Virus record (IMG/VR): IMGVR_UViG_3300008954_003475
Location: 1 to 64,000 of that record
Length of the DNA: 64,000 nucleotides
Reading direction: 5' to 3' (one strand)
Shown: positions 18,091 through 26,578 of the stretch, one piece after another
Numbering within the stretch: position 1 is the stretch's first letter
How the letters are laid out: every line of letters starts with the position of its first letter
The notes under the pieces: generated by a model
Database searches by the model: none
What the model was told of the DNA's origin: nothing
The model's input: the letters and a program-made list of their open reading frames with translations, nothing else
Program-made: the position numbers and the translations under genes

Positions 18091-18733
18091 TTACGAACAA
18101 CTCCACATGATGACTTCTCAAAGATTTGAATGATTTAGCAAAAAACCCTCCAAATATTTGGTCTACATCTTCATCATTAGAACAAAGAATGGTTGGAAGT
18201 TGGTTTTGAAATCTTGTACGCAAAACATATTCTAAAGAAGAGCCAAAAATCTGCTCAGCTTTATCGGATGGAAAAATCCAATGTGAACTAAATTCATCAA
18301 TTACTAAAAAATCTTTATTTAATAATTCACTATAATACTTAGCAGTATCTAGCTCTTTAGATAGCATATTGGCAACCACATCGGCCATTGTGGTGTAAAG
18401 CCCAGAGTAACCAGATGCAACAGCTCTTTTTAACACACAACATGCCGTATAGGTCTTTCCCGTTCCAAGGCCGCCTGTGAACATAAATGATTTTCCACTA
18501 TCATATAAATTATTTATGTTTTCTATTTTTGTTTTTACAAACTTCTTAAAGTTCGGATCACCTGCAAAGTCTTTGAAGGACAATTCCCAATATTCCACAG
18601 GAATATTTGACAAAGCATATCTGTCAAGCCTGGATGCTTTGGACGAGCATGTGCCACAGCCCATACCGTCACAAGCCTTGCAAGACTCTTTTACCTTCTG
18701 CTTTACTCTGTCAATCTTAGTCTTTGGTATCAT
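18056..18733 (-). CDS. DnaC/IstB-like helicase loader ATPase
   Basis: Zn-finger CKACDGMGCGTC, Walker A GGLGTGKT, Walker B LVIDE, RFQNQLPTILCSN; adjacent to DnaB. Confidence 0.85.
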   Translation of the reverse strand: MIPKTKIDRVKQKVKESCKACDGMGCGTCSSKASRLDRYALSNIPVEYWELSFKDFAGDPNFKKFVKTKIENINNLYDSGKSFMFTGGLGTGKTYTACCVLKRAVASGYSGLYTTMADVVANMLSKELDTAKYYSELLNKDFLVIDEFSSHWIFPSDKAEQIFGSSLEYVLRTRFQNQLPTILCSNDEDVDQIFGGFFAKSFKSLRSHHVELFVIGGKDFRRKNA

Positions 18734-19187
18734 CTTCGCTTACTTTGAAATTTATACTTGTTTTATTTAAAGGCTCAATATCAGCCCCTGATTCATCAGA
18801 TGAGGGTAAGGCATTTCCACCTGCAAAAAATACAGACAAATCATTATCTTCCTCTTCTGGTATATTGCTTAATAACGCCCCCGGTATAGACATACTGGAC
18901 TCATCATAAGATATGCTATTCATGGGGAAAGTGTCAGAAACAGAGTTGCCTCGCCTGCTTTCACCTGCCCTTTCAGAAGAGGAAGAGGCCGCCGCAAGCG
19001 GCATAGTCCTAGCGCTTTCTGACAGCAACAAACAAGCGACCTTTTCCTTAAATACCATAAACAGATTTCCATCCTGCTCAACAGTAAACCTATTATCCTC
19101 AAAAGATTTTACTTCGCCCGTTATTTGCCACCCACCATCTAAAAATAATGTAACAGTTTTTCCGACCAAACTTTCTTTACTATTCAT
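18717..19187 (-). CDS. Hfq/Sm-like fold protein with acidic disordered tail
   Basis: VTLFLDGGWQITGEVKSFED...MVFKEKV aligns by eye to the Hfq Sm1/Sm2 motifs (VSIYLVNGIKLQGQIESFD...MVYKHAI). Confidence 0.6.
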   Translation of the reverse strand: MNSKESLVGKTVTLFLDGGWQITGEVKSFEDNRFTVEQDGNLFMVFKEKVACLLLSESARTMPLAAASSSSERAGESRRGNSVSDTFPMNSISYDESSMSIPGALLSNIPEEEDNDLSVFFAGGNALPSSDESGADIEPLNKTSINFKVSEDDTKD

Positions 19188-19783
19188 ATTAACTCCAATT
19201 CCTTAGCTTTATCTAAAAATAAAAATTCTGTAGAACTATTAGATAAATTATAAAACTCATAATACTTCTTGACCATCTTAATATCCTCTACTTCCTCAAC
19301 CTGATGAAGATCAAATATCTTGGGAACATTATCTTTAGACCAATTCAAAAGAGTATTCATCTTTGTCTTGTTGAGATTCTTCGAAAGATAAGAACTATAC
19401 ATTCTTTCAAACTCATTTATCATTGATGGCATTAAAAATATTTGAGTACCAGTTACAGATCTTTCCCCTCTTCTGAACTTATAATCAAACATCCAATTTA
19501 TATAATTATAAATTTTTACAATTATCTCTTCTTTACTCTTCTTTTTTTCATCAGACGAAAGGTTGTCATACCCTTCTGGCGCAAGCACTTTAAATAATCT
19601 TGCAAAATCACGACTCTCCTTTCCCTTTCCCGGATCACTCTTCCATCTAACAAGTCGAAATTTGACATCATTAGCTTTTTCATACTTATGACAGAAATAT
19701 GCCATAAGGGTTATGTGATTCCATCGACTTTTATCTTGGGAAATCCAATCTGAAATTTTTTGATAAAATTCATCCTGAGTCAT
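19184..19783 (-). CDS. Hypothetical protein in the replication block
   Basis: 199 aa; SD GGAGG; lies between the SF2 helicase and the DnaC/DnaB genes. Confidence 0.7.
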   Translation of the reverse strand: MTQDEFYQKISDWISQDKSRWNHITLMAYFCHKYEKANDVKFRLVRWKSDPGKGKESRDFARLFKVLAPEGYDNLSSDEKKKSKEEIIVKIYNYINWMFDYKFRRGERSVTGTQIFLMPSMINEFERMYSSYLSKNLNKTKMNTLLNWSKDNVPKIFDLHQVEEVEDIKMVKKYYEFYNLSNSSTEFLFLDKAKELELI

Positions 19784-19851
19784 GATAAATCGCCTCCATG
19801 TAAATGGTACCTCTGCTATACAAACTTAACTATTCAAATAAAAATATTATA

Positions 19852-21384
19852 TCAAGCCCAATCAATAGGCTTTCTTTTTGGATACGAATGCAAAACTTTA
19901 TTCTTTGGCATCTTTATGTTAAACCCCGGCTCGCTCCTATAAACCTTAATTCGAGCCTCAGAATGATCTCTTAAATATTTACAATTATCAAAAAACTCAA
20001 CAACTATTGCTTTCTTTTTTCCAGGAGCCTTTCTTATAACTCGACCGATTCTTTGCAACGCTCTTCCGCTTGATTTGCCAGAACCGGCCAAAATTAAGGC
20101 ATCAAGCTCTGGTATATCAATTCCTTGATCAAATATCTTTGAAGCAATCAAAACTTGAATTTTACCATCCCGCACTTCCTGTATTCCTTCAAGCCTATTT
20201 TTTGAGCTTTTTGCTCCATCCAAAAATTTAACAGAATATTCATCCCCTATCATTTTCTGCAAATCCTTTCCATGCTGCACTCTTACTACTAAGATTAATA
20301 CCTTCTTTCCAGCATCTACCAGTTTTTTAGTGGCCTTTAAAATTAAATTATTTCTATCTTCATTCTCAACTATATAATTCTTATAAACTTCGTGATAATT
20401 TTTTCCAACGTTCCTCATCACAGGAACGTTTATAAAATGAATATCAGGAGGCACCAAGTAATCCAAAGATATTAACTTTGTTGCATTAACATCGCAAAAT
20501 TTTGGACCAGAAACGGCCTCTATCAGAATATCATCACCCGTATCCCTCCATGGCGTTCCAGAAAGCAAAAACCTATGTCTCGCAGATACACTTGCCCGGT
20601 GAATAAACTGAAGAGTTTCAGATGCAGCATACTGACATTCATCAAAAATGAATAATTGAGCATTTTGAACCTTTTCTCTCACAATTCTTTTATTTAATAT
20701 CTTTATTTGTGAAGAAGAATCTTGGGTTGTATCGTTATCTGCAATTTTCGCCTTTTTATTAAAAGCTGCTGCAGCAGACCAAATCGTCATAATAGTTACA
20801 GGCTTCGATATATCACACTCTCCCCCACCTACTATGCCGCACTCTATTCCATATGCCTCTTCTAATGTTTTCTTCATTTGATGAAGTAATTCAATTCCAA
20901 TAACATATATTACAGTTGGAATATTATACTTTGCAGCAATAGATGCTATTATTAGGCTTTTTCCGCCGCCTGTAGCAACCTTTATTATTCCGCTACCAGC
21001 TTCTCTGGCAGATTTGACGACACTCTTTTGATAAGGTCGTAACTTAAACTCTTTATTCTTAAGAGGAAGCTCTTTGCCATACTCAATAGATGGCCGAGCA
21101 TCTATAACTTCATATGCAATATTGTTGACTTTAAGCAAATCTTCAGCAATACTTAACAAGCCAATTGGAAAACGCATGGTCTTAGATAGCAACCTGATCT
21201 TGCCGTCCCAACCTCCGTATTTTCCATGAAGACCATAGCCGCCCTTTCCTCCCTTCATAAACATATATCCGGGATGATCATAGCTCATAAGCTTATCAAG
21301 TTTTGATAAAACCTTAGGATCTAATGGTCCATCTATTTTACAATTTACATTATCTATAATAATTCTAATCATAATTTCCCGCAA
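19852..21384 (-). CDS. Superfamily 2 DNA helicase (UvsW/XPB-like)
   Basis: LRPYQ, ATGGGKS, DECQ, SGTP, GIDIP, QRIGRVIR; probable start ATG 21372. Confidence 0.9.
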   Translation of the reverse strand: MREIMIRIIIDNVNCKIDGPLDPKVLSKLDKLMSYDHPGYMFMKGGKGGYGLHGKYGGWDGKIRLLSKTMRFPIGLLSIAEDLLKVNNIAYEVIDARPSIEYGKELPLKNKEFKLRPYQKSVVKSAREAGSGIIKVATGGGKSLIIASIAAKYNIPTVIYVIGIELLHQMKKTLEEAYGIECGIVGGGECDISKPVTIMTIWSAAAAFNKKAKIADNDTTQDSSSQIKILNKRIVREKVQNAQLFIFDECQYAASETLQFIHRASVSARHRFLLSGTPWRDTGDDILIEAVSGPKFCDVNATKLISLDYLVPPDIHFINVPVMRNVGKNYHEVYKNYIVENEDRNNLILKATKKLVDAGKKVLILVVRVQHGKDLQKMIGDEYSVKFLDGAKSSKNRLEGIQEVRDGKIQVLIASKIFDQGIDIPELDALILAGSGKSSGRALQRIGRVIRKAPGKKKAIVVEFFDNCKYLRDHSEARIKVYRSEPGFNIKMPKNKVLHSYPKRKPIDWA

Positions 21385-21412
21385 AAGGAGATTCCGTAGG
21401 AGTCCTCAAAAT

Positions 21413-21441
21413 ATTATACGCCCTTAACCATAAGAGGGCAA
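21413..21441 (-). promoter_or_regulatory. Sigma70-type promoter TTGCCC-N17-TATAAT
   Basis: -35 at 21441-21436 and -10 at 21418-21413 with a 17-nt spacer, in the gap upstream of the helicase/replication block. Confidence 0.6.
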
Positions 21442-21458
21442 CAAACTGATAACTAACT

Positions 21459-22397
21459 TTACTTATCGCTACAGAATAAACTTTGACTGACTTCGCCAAG
21501 AAGCCCTGGCATGTCCATCCCTGCACAATCTATCTTTGTTCTTACAAAGTTATAATGATTAGAGAAGCCTTCAAAACTGCCATCTTCGCAGCCGCTATGC
21601 ACAGTGGTGCATAATGTGCCATCAGAATTTTGCGGATATTCTAATGGAATTCCAAGCCCTAAATGAACAGCTTTCCACAAAGCTTTTAGGGCTTCAATTT
21701 GGACAGGATAAAACCACATAAAAGGTTTTTGTGTTTTTCCATGCACCTGTCCATTCTCTTGCAATGGTCTTTCACCAAACCCATTTTCAACGTACCAGTC
21801 CTGGTACTTTGGATAATAAGCATTGCTTATCTCTATGCCAATACTTTTTTTATTTCCATGGTATTTGCTGCAATGCCACGCCCCATGTTGCGTATCTAAT
21901 AGTTGATATATTGTTCCATCATTGTCTAAACAAAAATGGACTGATATTCCCCTTCTATTCAATATATTTGCACATGTTTCTGCAGACAAACATACATCCC
22001 AATGATTAACAAACATAGAAGGCTCTCTATCTGGCTTTCCGGAGTTATCATAATACTTTCCAGGGGTTATAGCCAAACCATCCGGCTCGTCCCATAAAAC
22101 CACCTGGGGCCAATCAATTGGCAAAAACTTACCATTATGGACAATAAAATTACTTTCATTATTTAATGTAGATCTTTTCTTTGGTTTATAATTTGATATC
22201 TCGACTTGCCTTTCGGTCCATATCCTCCTATAGGTCATTGGACCGACAAGCCCATCTGCCGTTACCTTGTGGGCTCTTTGCCACTTTTTAACTTTGTTTA
22301 CCAAATCTTCATCAAAATGTTCAGCGCCAAACCAACTAGGGCTCCACCCCAACTTTAATGAGCTAGATTCATTATAGAAGTCTTTGTCCACAGCCAC
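21459..22397 (-). CDS. N-acetylmuramoyl-L-alanine amidase (Amidase_2) with N-terminal peptidoglycan-binding domain (endolysin-like)
   Basis: PG-binding VKKWQRAHKVTADGLVGPMT; amidase motifs VNHWD, VHFCLDNDGTIYQ, AWH, SIGIEI, NHYNF...KIDC; SD AGGAGG before GTG. Confidence 0.85.
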   Translation of the reverse strand: MAVDKDFYNESSSLKLGWSPSWFGAEHFDEDLVNKVKKWQRAHKVTADGLVGPMTYRRIWTERQVEISNYKPKKRSTLNNESNFIVHNGKFLPIDWPQVVLWDEPDGLAITPGKYYDNSGKPDREPSMFVNHWDVCLSAETCANILNRRGISVHFCLDNDGTIYQLLDTQHGAWHCSKYHGNKKSIGIEISNAYYPKYQDWYVENGFGERPLQENGQVHGKTQKPFMWFYPVQIEALKALWKAVHLGLGIPLEYPQNSDGTLCTTVHSGCEDGSFEGFSNHYNFVRTKIDCAGMDMPGLLGEVSQSLFCSDK

Positions 22398-24871
22398 TAC
22401 TTCCTCCTTCTCCTATCTATTATAGAAGCCCTACCACTTTTTGACCCCTTTTGAAGTCTATTAAAGCCAGACTTTTTCTTTCTGATCTTTCTATTAACTT
22501 CTTCAGAAACGGCATTAACCTTATCCTCTCCCAAGTCTAAAGTCATAGCAACATCTCTATTCTTTTCTTTTTGAGAAGCTATTACCGCTTGTTGCTGACT
22601 TTCCTTCTTTAAATTATCAATCCTATCCCTAGGAAGCCCAAGGCCGGCGAACCAACTATATATCTTAATTGAATCCGAATCAGAATCTACATTGTAAACG
22701 CCCTGATAAATAGGAGCTCCGTTTGTTTGCTCTGAAATCATATGAAAACAATAATTTATGTTTATAGCAGGCAGCTTCTCCAGCACTTCTTTGGATCCGG
22801 CAACTATAACTCCGCCAGCTCTTGTTTGCGTTAAGTCAAAACCAGAAGCAAGCATGTTGGAGTTTAGGCTGTCAATCACAGCCTCTGCTAGTGCCGTTTC
22901 TTCCATATAATCTTCAACCTCCATAACCCCATATATAGAACAATCTCCACAAGAAATAATCTTACCAAAGTCGCTTGGGTCTAAAGCTGTAAACCTGGAG
23001 GGCTTAGCCGTAAGGGTGTTGAAAATATGAAGAGGCTCTACAATTGCATTATTTGCAGCCTCCCAAAACTTAGATTGACTAAGGTTTGCATAAATCTGCT
23101 CAATTCTTGCATTATCAACAACAATTAAATTTGAAACAATATTATCTGCGGTAAGCCTTGCCAGCCTAGAGAGAGTCTCTATAGAATTCTTCTTAGATTG
23201 AGCATCCTCTGTAGCTTTCGGCAAAACATATATAACCCCGACCGGAGTGCCCGTTTCAAATAACATTGGAATCAATGTATCAACAGAGCTTGATCCAGTA
23301 CCTCCGCCACCAGAGACGGCCAAATATACCATATGATTTCCTTCAATTACTCGATCAAACAAGGGCTGCATCAAATCAACACTTTCTGCAAAAATTTCAC
23401 GACCTAAGTCCAAGTCCTTACCAGTGCCTCCAAGGCTTCCTTCTAACAAAAGCTTTTGGCTGCCTGGAACATCAATAAATTCAAGATCTTGAGCCGAAGT
23501 GTTAACCACAGCTACATCATATCCTTTTTGGTGAAATACCTCTGCCAGCCTAGACCCTGCTTGTCCAACGCCTATAATGGCCAGCTCTATACTGACACCT
23601 CTTGTGTTTACAACCACAGGCATATCTTCCTCCTTCTTCTTTTGCATTTTTTCACGCAACCTTTCAAGAACATCTTCTTCCTGTCCATCATCTTTGGCCT
23701 CAAGAAGGGGTTCTGTTAAATCCTCCAAAACTTGGTCCGCTTCACCCGCTCCAAAAGCAGCCATCAGCGCCTCATTGTCTTGGTCAATATTTTTTTGAGA
23801 TTTTTCTTTTCGTTTAATCTCAATTTCTTTTACTTCATTTTTACTCATTATAAAATCCTCATAATATCTATTAAGTTGCTCTAATATCTTTTTTCTATTT
23901 GTAGTCGCAAACGGAACATGTGTTTCATTTTTATTATACGAAATTACTTCACAAAGGTATTCGGAATGTTTATTCATAGGGTCTGCATCAACTGTGATTA
24001 TGTCACAGTTCATAGCTTTTGCCTCATAAAAGCTTAACCCAAGCCCCTCCCTGGTAGAGGGGGCGATAACACAGTGTGATTTATCATATAATTTTACTAT
24101 ATCCTCTCTCTTCAAAACATCATTTATTAGTATTATATTCTTACACTTTTTTGCTATATTAGACTCGTCCTCAGTTAATCTCCCGCTAACCAACAATGTG
24201 GCATCTGATTTGGACATTCTGGAAAAATCTGAAAACGCTTCTAACGTTTGAATTGTATTTTTCTGATTAAAACCTGAATTTACAGGCCCAGGATGATAAA
24301 ATGATAATTTTTCTAGATCACCCTTATTTGCCTTAGGGACAAATAAAGCTCTGTCTACATAATCCCAAGATACTTGTTTTTTATTTTTATATTTTCTAAA
24401 TATATTATAAGAAGTTTCCGTAAGACACCAAACTTGATCAAAAATACTATATGAATTACTTTGAACAAACCTTTTATTTATCCACTCAGGCATTGGTACG
24501 TCAATAATCTTTATTCCAGTTTTTGCCTTAATATTCGAAACCCACTGCCCCTTCATCATAAAAGTTTCAAAAGAAATAATTATATCAATATCATTATCCC
24601 TCACAAGCCTTAAAAGCTGCTTCTCTACAGTTTTTTCCTTTGATAGAACATGAAAAGAAACATCAGATAATAAACTTTCATCATATGGTTCAGGATAATG
24701 ACGCCTAAATGTGCCGCCAAGGGCCTCTTTCTTATATTTTGCTTTTGAAACATAAGAAACTTCATTATTCTCACTAAGAATATCCCCAAGAGACTTTGCC
24801 AAATACCAGAGTCCAGATTCAGAAAGATATGTTTTTATCAAAATCTTTTTATTCTTTATTTTATTTATCAT
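22397..24871 (-). CDS. Fusion protein: N-terminal GT-B (GT4-like) glycosyltransferase + C-terminal tubulin/FtsZ-family GTPase
   Basis: aa 1-340 PSTREGLGLSFYEA (E-x7-E); from ~aa 430 IIGVGQAGSRLA, VNTSAQDL, GGTGKD, SGGGGTGSS (tubulin signature), VVDN, T7-like LDPSDF; basic C-terminal tail. Single uninterrupted frame. Confidence 0.88.
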   Translation of the reverse strand: MINKIKNKKILIKTYLSESGLWYLAKSLGDILSENNEVSYVSKAKYKKEALGGTFRRHYPEPYDESLLSDVSFHVLSKEKTVEKQLLRLVRDNDIDIIISFETFMMKGQWVSNIKAKTGIKIIDVPMPEWINKRFVQSNSYSIFDQVWCLTETSYNIFRKYKNKKQVSWDYVDRALFVPKANKGDLEKLSFYHPGPVNSGFNQKNTIQTLEAFSDFSRMSKSDATLLVSGRLTEDESNIAKKCKNIILINDVLKREDIVKLYDKSHCVIAPSTREGLGLSFYEAKAMNCDIITVDADPMNKHSEYLCEVISYNKNETHVPFATTNRKKILEQLNRYYEDFIMSKNEVKEIEIKRKEKSQKNIDQDNEALMAAFGAGEADQVLEDLTEPLLEAKDDGQEEDVLERLREKMQKKKEEDMPVVVNTRGVSIELAIIGVGQAGSRLAEVFHQKGYDVAVVNTSAQDLEFIDVPGSQKLLLEGSLGGTGKDLDLGREIFAESVDLMQPLFDRVIEGNHMVYLAVSGGGGTGSSSVDTLIPMLFETGTPVGVIYVLPKATEDAQSKKNSIETLSRLARLTADNIVSNLIVVDNARIEQIYANLSQSKFWEAANNAIVEPLHIFNTLTAKPSRFTALDPSDFGKIISCGDCSIYGVMEVEDYMEETALAEAVIDSLNSNMLASGFDLTQTRAGGVIVAGSKEVLEKLPAININYCFHMISEQTNGAPIYQGVYNVDSDSDSIKIYSWFAGLGLPRDRIDNLKKESQQQAVIASQKEKNRDVAMTLDLGEDKVNAVSEEVNRKIRKKKSGFNRLQKGSKSGRASIIDRRRRK

Positions 24872-25577
24872 ATACTAGTTTGCCACCAAGCCTTTCTTTT
24901 GAGGCCTTTTTTATATCTTCTATATTTTGTTCGAGCTCCTTCTTTCGATCCTTCTGCTGAGTCAAAGAGCCTCCTCTTGGAATTACAGAATAATAATACA
25001 AAATTTGATGAATATATTCTATAGGATATTGCTCAGAAATCCTCAGCCACATGTCGTAGTCTTCTGCAATCCAAAGATCTTCATTAAAAAGACCAACGTC
25101 ATTTAAAACAGCTCTCTTAATTGTGGTAGATCCTGATGCTACAAAATTTTGAGTCATAAGAGCAGAATGGTCTATCCTTATAGGTCTTTTATAAAAAGGC
25201 TTTTTAAGACGAACTCTATTTAATAAAATTTGATAATTTCCACAAGTCATGCCTATATCTGGCCTTTCTTTAAACGCATCTATAGATAATTTTAACTTGT
25301 GCCTATTCATTATATCATCTGCATCCAAAAGACTGACAAGATCTCCGCTTGTTGCTCTAATGCCAACATTTCTTGACGCTCCAGGCCCAATGTTCTTTTC
25401 ATTTCTTATATATTTAACAGTAGGAAATCTCCTCAATAACTTTTTAACATCCTCTGTTGAATTATCATCAACAACTGTAACTGTATACTTTTTATATTCC
25501 TGAGAAAAGCAGCTTCTAATTGCTTGCGTAAGAAATTTTCCAGGATTATAGGCTGGAATGATAATGTCAACCAACAT
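24861..25577 (-). CDS. GT2 family glycosyltransferase
   Basis: IIIPAYN, VDDNST, GPGASRNVG, LDADD (DxD), EDYDMW. Confidence 0.9.
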   Translation of the reverse strand: MLVDIIIPAYNPGKFLTQAIRSCFSQEYKKYTVTVVDDNSTEDVKKLLRRFPTVKYIRNEKNIGPGASRNVGIRATSGDLVSLLDADDIMNRHKLKLSIDAFKERPDIGMTCGNYQILLNRVRLKKPFYKRPIRIDHSALMTQNFVASGSTTIKRAVLNDVGLFNEDLWIAEDYDMWLRISEQYPIEYIHQILYYYSVIPRGGSLTQQKDRKKELEQNIEDIKKASKERLGGKLVYDK

Positions 25578-26523
25578 CTTTCAAAATCCTTAAATACTGC
25601 TCTACAATCAACCTAGGATTAAAACTTTCAAGCATATACTGTCTAGCTCCTAAAGATAAATCTTTTCTTAATTCAGAATTTTCCATTATTTCCGATATTG
25701 CTTCACAATATGAGTCTACGTCTCTACTTATAATAATCCCTGTTCTATAATTCTCTCCATGCAGATAAACTTGTGGATGAGTAACAGAGGGGACTCCGGC
25801 AGACCACTGTTCCATAAGGGCGGTTCCTTTGGTCTCGCTCAAAGAAGTGCAAATATAAAGATAGGCCTTCTTCGCCTCTTCAATATGAGTTTTGTAGTTA
25901 TATGGTCTACCATCTCCCAAAAATAAGAACTCATATTGTTTTAAATTATTTTTTATTTTTTTAGCAAACTCAATATCTTTAACCATATGCCGCGAATTTC
26001 CTTTCCACAAAATGTACTTGCCATACCTATCTGGCGGAGACCACAAATCAACATCTGGGCCAACCATAAAGCTCTCAAGCTTGTCTATCGGCAGTGCGTG
26101 CTTATTGGATATAAGATATCTTAACCTATCATTAACAGTTAATATCTTTTGATATTCTATTTTCTTCAAAAAAGCCTTCTCTTGCTTATACTCTACTGTA
26201 TCAAGCAAGTTTGGACCTAAAATAACTGGCTTTTTATAAGTATTTGCAAGCTGAATTATTGTTAAAAACGTATTTACCAAGCCACTCCAGCAGTGGAATG
26301 CCTTGCACTCTCTTATATCATTTAATAAATCTGTTGCATGTCTTGTTGTTTTTAGTTGAACATTTGGAATGTCCGAAAAAGACTCCAAATGTGTATAAAT
26401 AGACAATTGTACTTTTGGCAAATATTTAGAAACAAATTTTGCAAAATTAAGCAAGTCCATACCAGGACCATTTACAATGCCATTAGATATACCTATATTG
26501 AATGCTAGTATAACAACTTTCAT
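25567..26523 (-). CDS. GT-B (GT4-like) glycosyltransferase
   Basis: TSLSETKGTALMEQWSAGVPSV (E-x7-E) and typical C-terminal helix. Confidence 0.8.
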   Translation of the reverse strand: MKVVILAFNIGISNGIVNGPGMDLLNFAKFVSKYLPKVQLSIYTHLESFSDIPNVQLKTTRHATDLLNDIRECKAFHCWSGLVNTFLTIIQLANTYKKPVILGPNLLDTVEYKQEKAFLKKIEYQKILTVNDRLRYLISNKHALPIDKLESFMVGPDVDLWSPPDRYGKYILWKGNSRHMVKDIEFAKKIKNNLKQYEFLFLGDGRPYNYKTHIEEAKKAYLYICTSLSETKGTALMEQWSAGVPSVTHPQVYLHGENYRTGIIISRDVDSYCEAISEIMENSELRKDLSLGARQYMLESFNPRLIVEQYLRILKDVG

Positions 26524-26578
26524 AAGCTTCCTTGTGACATTTTACTGCCAAAATTGCTTAAAATTTTATATTTTTTGA

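Noticed and set aside
21385-21406. Imperfect hairpin in the helicase leader
   Set aside because: The stem is mismatched and there is no comparative support for a terminator or translational switch.
22397-23848. Interpretation as a nucleus-forming (chimallin) phage because of the tubulin
   Set aside because: No shell protein or multisubunit phage RNAP is recognisable in this window, and tubulin alone is insufficient evidence.
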